The notes under the pieces were generated by a model, which had not been told where the DNA came from, did not search any database, and saw only the letters and a program-made list of their open reading frames with translations. Both the position numbers and the translations under genes were made by a program. From Vermamoeba vermiformis (taxonomy: Eukaryota), in assembly GCA_045837725.1 (NCBI GenBank), contig JBEWZL010000309.1, forward strand, positions 1 to 64,000: DNA of 64,000 nucleotides, given 5' to 3'. Each line of letters opens with the position of its first letter. Position 1 is the stretch's first letter. Shown here in pieces: positions 29,143 through 38,524 of the stretch.

Positions 29143-31191
29143 CTACCCTATATTTCCATGTTCCGAAATAAATAAAGAATAAAAACGCTTAAAAGCGATA
29201 TACTCTGCGACAACCCTTTCCTTATAAAATAAAAGCTCTGAAGAACTAATAAAAGCGGAATATACTAAAAAATCAGATAAAGACTTATACGAATCTCAAG
29301 TTTTATTGTTTATAGAGTTAATAATAAATAATTTATTCGAAAATACTACGCCATTATTAGATAAAAAAGATATTAAATATTCAATATAACCCGACTTTAA
29401 GTCCGGGGTACTTTGATCACCAGAAAAGAATTTTACCAAAAAAATTAATTTTTTTTGGTAAAGATTAAAAAGAGTCATAACATGACTACCATTAGTTCTA
29501 ATAAGCGGAAAAAAGTTTACCAAGAAAGAGTCATTTAAAGCTTGTTTGAAATCAGGTTTAAGCTGATCTAATGGATTTATATAGTTGTGGGAACCTCTTA
29601 TAACTTTACGGAATTTCCTCCGAAATTTATAAAAAAATAAAGGCAAAGTATTTAATTTTCAAGCAAAATTTAAAACTAAAAAGCTTCGAGAATCAATATA
29701 ATCAGGATGTTTAAAGTAATCGATATAGTAACGCTTGGTTGAAGGATAAAATAAATTCATATATGGGTAGACAACATATTCATGAAGTCGTTCATGTCAT
29801 TTAGGATCAAAGTGACCCATACGCTTTACAGGATAATCAGTTTGAATCCTCCAACCAGGGGTAAGGTAATCTATATTAAAATAAGTTTTATAGTAAGAAG
29901 CTTGAAGCTCAGTAAAAATTTCCTCATGAAATCAAGTCTTGTAAAACCAATGTATATTACTGCTATCAACATTGTTTAAATCAAAAAAAACCTCTTCACG
30001 CCGTTTATCCACAAACCTGGAAAAAAACAAAGGCACATGGTCCTCCCACCAAAGAACATCCTCTCAAGCCCAATGCTCATGAGGATAAGAATCTAAGCCC
30101 TTTTTCAAATTCCAGTAGGAAGGACGAAAAAATGAAAAATATGTTTTTAACTCGTCCCAACCCAATATTTCATCGTCAAGTCTAGAATAGAATATGTGAG
30201 CATACTTGGGGGTAGTAGATGAAAAAAAATTTTTTAAATACCTAAATTTGGTTCCATGAGAAAACTGGTTTGAATTGTAAGAATTTGAGAAGTAAGAAGG
30301 AAGACCAGTATTATTAGAATTAGAAACTGATTCTTTCAAAAGTCAAAAAATAAAAGTAAAATGTAATTGTAAATAGTTGTTAGATCGGAATATATTCATG
30401 AATTCCATTTCAGTAGGAGGGAGCTGAGCAGGCGTAAAAAAATTAGAGCTACGAGGATCAATTAATAAATCTGAGGAATTTGTATTTAAATAGTTATATT
30501 GCAATTGCTGTTTAGCTCAATACTTAAAACTCATACCAGGAGCCCTAAAAAGCCTAAATTCAAATTGTTCGGTCCTGCGTCATCTTAAATAAAAATTACG
30601 CATATTTCTTCTAGCAAAAAGCCATTTTTTTTTACGTAAAGGAAACCAACTATTTAAGGCCATAAAGTTTAATTTTCGAAGTCTAATTAAATTTCTATGG
30701 GCTTCAAAAGTATAGTAATACTTTAGGGCCTTATAATCATTATAGCGAACATATTTTCAACTACTAGTTACGTATTCATGAACATGCTGCGCATTTTTCT
30801 TCGTTTCATGTCGACGTACGGATTCATTTAGTAACGAAAGATAACTAAAAAAAGCCGGTGATTTAGAAACATTAACGGTATTGATTTCAAAAATGTTATT
30901 AATAAAAATTTCAAAAGTCGATAAAAAATTGTAACCCTCAAAACTATAAATAGAATTATTTTTAATTTGTCTTTTGGACCTTAGTTTATTCGTCCTCTCT
31001 GGATCTCTTCGACCAGACCCAGACGGAAATCAATAATAAAAAGAATTTGATTTATCTATAAAAGACAGTTTCTTTAAACTGTACATTTTAGAAAGACTAA
31101 ATTTAGATTTATAAAGTTCCTTATTTATATAATCTAAATAAAGATTAACAGAATTCGGATCAAAATCCAGCATACAAAACAACATATACAT
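29143..31191 (-). CDS. Unassigned ORF (682 aa; IR left)
   Basis: Mirror of 58436-60484; open when TGA is read as Trp. Confidence 0.83.
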
Positions 31192-31207
31192 ATATTATTA
31201 TAAAAAA

Positions 31208-31281
31208 CACGCCCTACAGGAATTGAACCTGTAACCGTTGGCTTAGGAGGCCAGCGCTCTATCCAATTAAGCTAAGGGCGC
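31208..31281 (-). tRNA. trnR: tRNA-Arg(CCU) (IR left)
   Basis: TGGC-CTCCTAA-GCCA. Confidence 0.92.
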
Positions 31282-31283
31282 TA

Positions 31284-31355
31284 AGGTCAGAAACGGACTT
31301 GAACCGTTACCAAAAAATTTGCAGTTTTCTGCACTACCAGTTATGCTATCTGACC
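31284..31355 (-). tRNA. trnC: tRNA-Cys(GCA) (IR left)
   Basis: GGTCAGA/TCTGACC-T, loop CT-GCA-AA. Confidence 0.92.
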
Positions 31356-31738
31356 TAAGCAACAGCAACAGCCGCCCCTCAAATAAGATGTGAAGATAAG
31401 AAAAGTACTGATAGTATAATTAGCAACAAGGAAAAATTGAAAAAAAATTTGAAAAAAGAAACCAAATCTATATCTAAATAGTTTATATTTATCTCGTCAT
31501 AATCTATAAAATCCTCGCCCAACGATGAAATTATATAGAAAGCTACAATAAACTCTGATATAAAAATTATGTCCAAAAAATAACAATATAAAAATTCACT
31601 AAAAATACTAAAAGAAAAAACTGAAAAAATAAAATTAATAAATACAGCTACCAATACAAAACGTAAAAATAATGAAAAAGTAGAATTAGTTTGAGGTTTA
31701 TAAACAAGAATATGCGGTGAATATAATTTTGAACTCAT
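31355..31738 (-). CDS. sdh3: Divergent succinate dehydrogenase subunit 3 (127 aa; IR left)
   Basis: N-terminal SPHILVYKPQTNSTFSLFLR matches the Sdh3 SPHLxIYxPQxTSxxSIxHR pattern. Confidence 0.7.
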
Positions 31739-31740
31739 AT

Positions 31741-32421
31741 TTAATAATGGGGTGAATGAACTTTTTTATACTTTATATATTTTGACATACCAGCAAGTCT
31801 GCCTAGTAGTATAGATTTAGAAACTGTAATAGAACAAAATGTTATAGAGCTCACCGCATCATCATTACCAGGTAATGGATATAAGATATTGCTAGTATCA
31901 ACAGTAGAATCTGATAGGGAAAATATGGGTAAGTTTATAGTTCTGGCTTCTTGGTAAGGTAGAATACTATTACTAACATTAAAAGTAAAAACAGCGGTTG
32001 GAAGTCGAGTAGCACCTCTTAAGTTTTGCATGAATTCTTGGCTTCAAGTTCCAATAAAGGAGCCCTTTTTAAAATCAGGAATTTTCCTTAAAAAAACGAA
32101 TTTTCAATTAGTCAACAAACCACCTCGTCATTTATTCAAAATCATAGGTTGCTGAATGATGTTATTCATCCTATAAAGTAAGTAGTTTAAAGCTGGGTCT
32201 AAATTGACGAAAAGTACAGAGCCAAATTTTGATGATAATCGAGACAATGACAAACAAGCTTTCTTCCAAAAAAACACAGCCTTTGCAGGAGAAATAATTA
32301 ATGTAGAATAACGAACACCAAAAATGTATCACGTTGAAAAATTACTGCTTTGAGTTAAGGGATGTCCAATATGAACAGCGTTATATATAAGCTGCGAAAA
32401 TTTTAATTTTACAATTTTCAT
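31741..32421 (-). CDS. rps2: Ribosomal protein S2 (226 aa; IR left)
   Basis: AVHIGH, WRGGLLTNW and YPLPGNDD. Confidence 0.9.
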
Positions 32422-32453
32422 AACTATAGAATAAATATTACAAATGATAAAAA

Positions 32454-32702
32454 TTAACCGTAAAGGATTAAAAAAGCTATCATGATGGCCAAAAGACCCA
32501 TAGCTTCAGTTAGGGCGAAACCTAAAATAGCGTATCGAAATAACTCAGCACGGATCATTTCATTGCGGGCTGCAGCGTTCATATAACCTGAGAAAACAAC
32601 ACCAATACCCATACCTGCTCCAGCAACACCGATGGTAGCTAAACCAGCACCGATAAATTTCGCTGAAGTGGTTAAAGAAGCAAAAAATACAGAATTTTCC
32701 AT
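32454..32702 (-). CDS. atp9: ATP synthase subunit 9 (IR left)
   Basis: [18 protein letters not shown] and LGFALTEA. Confidence 0.97.
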   Translation of the reverse strand: MENSVFFASLTTSAKFIGAGLATIGVAGAGMGIGVVFSGYMNAAARNEMIRAELFRYAILGFALTEAMGLLAIMIAFLILYG

Positions 32703-32755
32703 ATTTAATTAAAAATAATAAATTTTATCTTTTTAAATTAGACAAATTTGACACG

Positions 32756-32829
32756 CATGCTTGAAAGGACTTGAACCTTTAACCTTTAAATTCGCAACTT
32801 AACGCTCTAACCAATTGAGCTACAAGCAT
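32756..32829 (-). tRNA. trnR: tRNA-Arg(GCG) (IR left)
   Basis: TTAAG-TTGCGAA-TTTAA; acceptor ATGCTTG/CAAGCAT. Confidence 0.88.
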
Positions 32830-32832
32830 AAT

Positions 32833-32905
32833 AGGCGAAGGTGAGAATTGAACTCACGACACTTGGATTATGATTCCAAAGTTCTACCAACTAAACTACT
32901 TCGCC
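32833..32905 (-). tRNA. trnM: tRNA-Met(CAU), elongator-like (IR left)
   Basis: TTGGA-ATCATAA-TCCAA. Confidence 0.85.
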
Positions 32906-32907
32906 CG

Positions 32908-32981
32908 TAGGCCCGGATGGAATTGAACCATCAACCTCGCACTTATCAGATGCGCGCTCTAACCAATTGAGCTACAGGCCC
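32908..32981 (-). tRNA. trnI: tRNA-Ile(GAU) (IR left)
   Basis: CGCAT-CTGATAA-GTGCG. Confidence 0.94.
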
Positions 32982-32986
32982 ACGAA

Positions 32987-33059
32987 TAGGCACACGGGGA
33001 CTCGAACCCCGAACCCTTGGATTAAGAGACCACTGCTCTACCAATTAAGCTATGCACCC
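32987..33059 (-). tRNA. trnK: tRNA-Lys(CUU) (IR left)
   Basis: Loop CT-CTT-AA; acceptor GGGTGCA/TGTGCCT. Confidence 0.9.
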
Positions 33060-33071
33060 TAAATAAAAAAA

Positions 33072-34567
33072 ATTGGTCCAGCCGCAGGTTCCCCTACGAC
33101 TACCCTGTTACGACTTCGCACCAGTCCTTAGCTTTAATGTTATAAGCAGTAATTTTAATCTATATAAATTTGTGAAAAAAATTGCTTAACAAAAAAAACT
33201 TAAGAATTATAATCCTCTACTTATGTCAACCAAAACTAATTTCCAGCGCGTGACGGGCGGTGTGTACTAGGGCTGAGGGGGTATTCACCGTACCATTCTG
33301 ATATACGATTACTAGCGATTCCAACTTCATGTATCCAATTTTCAGGGTACAATCTGAACTGAGATACGTTTTTTGAGAATTGCTAAAATTTACATTTTTG
33401 CTTCCCTTTGTACGTACCATTGTAGCACGTGAGTAGCCCAGCCCATAAAGGTCATAACGACTTGACATCATCCCTGCCTTCCTCTTAGATTTCCTAAGCA
33501 GTAAACTTATATATAAGTTAAGGGGTTGCGCCCGTTAAAGGAGTTAACCTAACATCTCAAAACACGAGCTGACGACAGCCATGCAACACCTGTGTAGGTC
33601 AATACTCATTAACAATAAATGAGCATAATTTTAACTAAAAAATTTTAAACCTACTTATCAAGAGCTGGTAAGGTTTTACGCGGTATATCGGATTAAACCA
33701 CATGCTCCACCGCTGAAATAGCCCTCCGTCAATTCCTTTAAGTTTGAACCTTGCGGTTGTAGTTCCCAGGCGGAATACTTACGCGTTAGCTTAAATACCC
33801 CCTTACGGTTAGGAGCATTTAGTATTCATCGGTCACTGCATAGACTACCGGGGTCTCTAATCCCGTTTGCTACCTATGCTTTTGCGCTATAGTGTCAGTT
33901 TATAGTAGAAAGTCGCTTTCGCCCGTAGACTGTCCTTCTAATTTTTGCAAATTTCACCTCTACACTAGAAGTACAACTTTCTTCAAATAAACTCAAGCGC
34001 GGCCGTATTTTTAAGGACCTCAAATTATGTTTGAGTATTTAAAAAAAAACGTACCACACCACCTTCACGCCCTTCACGCCCAGTCAAGTTGAGTAACACT
34101 AGCCCCCTCCGTTTTACCGCGGCTGCTGGCACGAAGTTAGCCGGGGCTTCTTTTTCGAATACTGTCATTATCATCTTCGACGAAAGGATTTTACAATCTA
34201 AGCCTTCCTCACCCACGCGGCATTGCTGGATCAAGCTTTCGCCCATTGTCCAATATTCCTCACTGCTGCCAAAAAGTTCGGGATGTAACCGTCCCGCTGT
34301 GGCTGATAGTCCTCCAAGACCAGCTAAGGATCGTAGGCTTGGTAGGCTAAGCCCACTACCAACTACCTAATCCTATACAAATATGTCTATTAAGCGAGAA
34401 ATCTTTAATAACTAAAGTAAGTTAAAATATTTAGTATTAGCTAAACTTAATATACACAATTTGTACGTTACTCACCAATACGCCATGAAATAATTTAATT
34501 CCATACGACTTGCATGTGTAAGGCATACCGCTAGCATTCACTCAGAGCCAGGATCAAACTCTTAATT
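33072..34567 (-). rRNA. rns: Small subunit rRNA (IR left; ends approximate)
   Basis: AGAGTTTGATCCTGGCTC, GTGCCAGCAGCCGCGGTAA and AAGTCGTAACA. Confidence 0.97.
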
Positions 34568-34632
34568 GTTTTATTAATCTACTTAAATAGATTAACATAT
34601 ATGGATCTTTTATTGAAACTGAATCAAAAAGA

Positions 34633-34707
34633 CGAGGGCGATGGGATTTGAACCCACACCTTCTAACATGACAAGCTAGCGTTCTAACCAGTTAGCACTA
34701 CGCCCCC
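34633..34707 (-). tRNA. trnD: tRNA-Asp(GUC) (IR left)
   Basis: CTAGC-TTGTCAT-GTTAG. Confidence 0.92.
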
Positions 34708-34731
34708 AGCTTATATATATATTATTTAACA

Positions 34732-34820
34732 TGCCCGCTGACGGACTTGAACCGTCACCTCCGCTTATAAGAAAGAACAGATTTTAAGTCTGTCGTGTCT
34801 ACCAATTTCACCAAGCGGGC
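34732..34820 (-). tRNA. trnL: tRNA-Leu(UAA) (IR left)
   Basis: ACAGA-CTTAAAA-TCTGT, variable arm. Confidence 0.94.
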
Positions 34821-34841
34821 AAAATAAAAGAAAAAGAGATA

Positions 34842-34915
34842 CGCTCCGGATTGGGATTGAACCAATAACCTCACGGTTAACAGCCGAGCGCTCTAGCCAA
34901 TTGAGCTACCGGAGC
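34842..34915 (-). tRNA. trnN: tRNA-Asn(GUU) (IR left)
   Basis: CGG-CTGTTAA-CCG. Confidence 0.93.
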
Positions 34916-34952
34916 ATTATTTAGCTATATTTTAATACAAACTCAAACCTAA

Positions 34953-35025
34953 TACGCCCTATGGGACTTGAACCCATATATTTGCCGTGAAAGAGCAACA
35001 TCCTAGCCTATTAGATGAAGAGCGC
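34953..35025 (-). tRNA. trnE: tRNA-Glu(UUC) (IR left)
   Basis: TTGCT-CTTTCAC-GGCAA. Confidence 0.93.
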
Positions 35026-35072
35026 AATAACCACAAACCTAACCTTTAAAAAAACAGGTAACTTAATACAAC

Positions 35073-35145
35073 CTGGGGTAGTAGGAATTGAACCTACGCA
35101 TGGTGCATCCAAAGTGCACTGCCTTACCGACTTGGCTATACCCCA
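35073..35145 (-). tRNA. trnQ: tRNA-Gln(UUG) (IR left)
   Basis: GTGCA-CTTTGGA-TGCAC. Confidence 0.94.
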
Positions 35146-35155
35146 ACCTGAAATT

Positions 35156-35254
35156 ATTAAAAAAATATAATTTGATATTATAATGGCACTTTTATTAATT
35201 TATCATTCAAATTAATAAAAGTGCCATTATAATATCAAATTATATTTTTTTAAT
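35156..35254. repeat. Hairpin with 46-bp perfect arms and a 7-nt loop between trnH and trnQ (mirror at 54373-54471)
   Basis: 35156-35201 is the reverse complement of 35209-35254. Confidence 0.95.
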
Positions 35255-35291
35255 TTCAATAAAAAGTACAACTTAAAAAACTTTAATAGAA

Positions 35292-35365
35292 GGCGAGTAA
35301 TGGGACTCGAACCCACAGCCTCTACAGTCACAACGTATTGCTCCACCTATTGAGCTATACCCGCC
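35292..35365 (-). tRNA. trnH: tRNA-His(GUG) (IR left)
   Basis: Loop TT-GTG-AC; G-1 and C73 are encoded. Confidence 0.92.
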
Positions 35366-35376
35366 TATTATTAATA

Positions 35377-35657
35377 CTACTTATTAAAATAATAAGAATA
35401 CCAATACTGCATTAAGAAGCGTTCAAAACTATTCAAAACTGGTAATATTAATAAAAAGTAAGCAAAATAAAAAACTGTAGCAAATTGACCAATTTCATAG
35501 TAAGGTGCTTCAATTGGCTTACCACCTATCCAACCCAGAACCAGACAATCCACAACAAAAACCCAAAACAAAACTTTAGAAAAAGTTCTAAATAATAAAC
35601 TCCTAATAGCAACTTTCAAGTAAAGTGGTAATAATAATAAAACTACTATAGAAGATA
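35377..35657 (-). pseudogene. cob: Duplicated 3' fragment of cob at the IR inner boundary
   Basis: Mirror of 53970-54250; lacks the 5' three quarters of the gene. Confidence 0.92.
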
Positions 35658-35925
35658 TTATATAGTATATCTTATTATATAGTATATCTTATTATATAGT
35701 ATATCTTATTATATAGTATATCTTATTATATAGTATATCTTATTATATAGTATATCTTATTATATAGTATATCTTATTATATAGTATATCTTATTATATA
35801 GTATATCTTATTATATAGTATATCTTATTATATAGTATATCTTATTATATAGTATATCTTATTATATAGTATATCTTATTATATAGTATATCTTATTATA
35901 TAGTATATCTTATTATATAGTATAT
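35656..35925. repeat. 17-bp tandem array (TATTATATAGTATATCT, about 16 copies) closed by an inverted 34-bp arm at 35921-35954
   Basis: Period 17 read directly; 35921-35954 is the reverse complement of 35648-35681. Confidence 0.96.
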
Positions 35926-36349
35926 AATAAGATATACTATATAATATCTTCTATTAAAGTTTTTTTAATCTGTAAATCTTCGCCAAAATTATAACCATAT
36001 TTGTAGACTAATAAATTAACGTTAATTTATTAGTCTACAAATATGGTTATAATCCTATATTACTAGTAAAAAAGAATCAGTCCCGATCAACTATGCGTTA
36101 ATGCATAGTGCTATAATCATTAACCCTTAGAGAAGAGCGTGCCTAGTGAGAAGATTCGTAATTCTTCCACCAGACTTTCGATTTTTACGCTTTCTTTCTA
36201 CATAAAATCTAGCGTTTATGCCTTACGGTTGCGGGAAGGTAGTGGAACAGGATTAAAACAAAGCAACGTGTTAGCTAACACGTTGCTTTGTTTTAATCCA
36301 TTTTTTCTAGATTTTATTTTATATAAAAAAGTTAACTTTTTATAAGATT
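35658..36349. promoter_or_regulatory. Putative control region (divergent transcription start and/or replication origin)
   Basis: Longest internal non-coding stretch; gene strand switches here; contains the tandem array plus palindromes at 35988-36053 and 36250-36299. Confidence 0.6.
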
Positions 36350-37957
36350 ATGTTTAAAACTTTTCGAAACTTAACTGCTGCTGAACTAGAAGCTTTAACA
36401 AATTTACGTTCTACAGTGTTTTCAAAGGATACTCAAGTTGATCGTAAATTTGACGAAAATGAGTCAGGTCGAGTTGTTACAGTAGGTGATGGTATAGCCA
36501 AAGTTTACGGACTAAAAAATGTTACTGCTTCAGAGATGCTAGAATTTGAATCAGGCGTTAGAGGTTTGGCATTAAATCTTGAATACGACAGTGTTCGAGC
36601 TATTTTACTAGGTGATGAGAGATTAGTAAAAGTTGGTGATAAAGTTTGACGAACAAAAAAAATCGTTAGTGTAAAAGTTGGTGATAAATTAGTAGGTCGA
36701 GTTCTGAATGCACTTATTGAGCCTGCGGACGAGAAAGGTGCTTTAGAGTTTGTTGATGAACGCTTAATTAATGTTGCGGCTCCAGACGTTATATCTCGTG
36801 AACGAGTAGCTCAGCCCCTTGAAACTGGTCTTAAAGTCGTCGATGCTTTAATACCAATAGGACGTGGTCAACGTGAGCTTATAATTGGTGATAGACAAAC
36901 TGGTAAAACCGCTATTGCTTTGGATGCTATAATTAATCAACAAGATGCTAGAGATCCTGTTATTTGTATATACGTTGCTATTGGTAAAAGAAACTCTGAA
37001 ATTCGACGTATTGAAAAAGTACTTGAAGCAAAGAATTGTATGAGTTATACTATCATTGTGAAAGCTACAGCCGGTGAGCCAGCTCCGCTTTTATATTTAG
37101 CCCCTTATTCTGGTACTACTGTAGGTGAGTATTTCAGAGATCGTGGTCAGCATTCTCTTATTATATATGACGATTTAAGCAAACATGCCGTCGCTTATCG
37201 ACAAATGTCTCTTCTTCTAAGAAGACCACCTGCACGAGAAGCCTACCCAGCCGATGTTTTCTACCTACACTCTAGACTTTTAGAAAGATCATCTAAATTG
37301 TCAAGTACTTTGGGGGGTGGTTCTTTGACATCGTTACCTATAATTGAAACAGTTCAGGGTGATATTTCAGCTTACATTCCAACTAACGTTATTTCTATTA
37401 CTGATGGACAAATATATTTGGAGCGCTCGCTCTTTAAGGAGGGTATTCGTCCAGCTGTTAGTCCTGGTCTTTCTGTTAGTCGAGTTGGTTCTGCTGCACA
37501 AAATAAAGTTATGAAGCGTGTTGCTGGTTCATTAAAACTTGAGCTTGCTCAATTTAGAGAAGTTGAGCAATTTGCTAGATTTGCTTCAGATATTGATGAA
37601 GCTACGAAAAGACAAATTTATAAAGGTACCATTTTAACTGAGCTTTTAACCCAACCAAAATATTCACCTATAACAGTAGACAAACAAGCAGTTTTACTAT
37701 TTGCCGGTTTGAACGGTTACCTTGATATCGTTGAGAAAAGTTTAGTAGGTCGTTATGAATCAGAGCTTTTATCGTGTCTTGAAAAATTGGCTTCTTTTTT
37801 CCCTTTTAGGAAAAATATCGAAGTTTCTCAAAATTTTGATGAAGCTCAAATAAGAACTTTATTGGAAGGTTTTAATGAACTTTTCACTAAATTTGTTCTA
37901 GTAGCTAAACAAACTACTTCGATTGCTGATTCCCTTAATTCTTCTAGGAAAAACTAA
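36350..37957 (+). CDS. atp1: ATP synthase F1 alpha subunit (535 aa)
   Basis: [45 protein letters not shown] and [12 protein letters not shown]. Confidence 0.97.
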
Positions 37958-37971
37958 AAGAATTAAGATTA

Positions 37972-38044
37972 GGGGGTGTAGTCTAACTGGTTAGAATTTT
38001 GGTCTCCAAATCCAACGATGTGGGTTCAAGTCCCGCCGCCCTCG
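37972..38044 (+). tRNA. trnW: tRNA-Trp(CCA)
   Basis: TTGGT-CTCCAAA-TCCAA; G73. Confidence 0.93.
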
Positions 38045-38071
38045 TTTTTATTAATTTTTTATTAATTTTTT

Positions 38072-38521
38072 ATGCAATTCTTTATTCAAAACAAAACTGT
38101 TTTTAGAGAGCTCTTAACGGTTTTACCCGCCGGCGCGGCCACAACAGGCCCCCCCTTAGGACCGCTATTGGGTCAGTTTGGAGTTAATACTCCATCTTTT
38201 TGTAAGCAGTTTAATGACGCAACTTCAATTTTCTCTTCTTTAATAAAAAACAAACTAGTTTTACTATCTGTCAAAATATATATATATGACGATAAAACCT
38301 TAGCTTTTGAAATTCAAAAGCCACATACTTCGTTTTTAATAAAACAATTAAGGAAAAGGTTATCAGCGTCTGGATCTTCTTTTTATGTTCTTAGTTTACA
38401 CGATTTATTTAAAATTGTTTATTTTAAATTTGGTCCAATTAAAAATGATTTTTCGCTTTTTAGGTTTTCAAAAATTGTTTTGGGCACAGCATTATCTATG
38501 CAAACAATAGTAGTTAACTAG
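38072..38521 (+). CDS. rpl11: Ribosomal protein L11
   Basis: AGAATTGPPLGPLLGQFGVNTPSFCKQFNDAT and GTALSM. Confidence 0.95.
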   Translation: MQFFIQNKTVFRELLTVLPAGAATTGPPLGPLLGQFGVNTPSFCKQFNDATSIFSSLIKNKLVLLSVKIYIYDDKTLAFEIQKPHTSFLIKQLRKRLSASGSSFYVLSLHDLFKIVYFKFGPIKNDFSLFRFSKIVLGTALSMQTIVVN

Positions 38522-38524
38522 ATT

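Larger units (their letters stand above)
25627..35657. repeat. Large inverted repeat, left copy (the part whose mate is visible)
   Basis: Identical ORFs mirror with coordinate sum 89627, e.g. atp9 32454+57173 and cob end 35377+54250. Confidence 0.97.

Noticed and set aside
36000-36240. Group I intron core, suggested by GACTA, AAGAATCAGTCC and TTGCGGGAA
   Set aside because: The motifs are in the wrong order, P7 does not pair and there is no host gene.
36150-36250. Permuted tmRNA, suggested by TCCACCA followed later by GGGAAGG
   Set aside because: The acceptor pairing with G3.U70 is poor and no canonical T-arm is present. Kept only as a generic ncRNA candidate.
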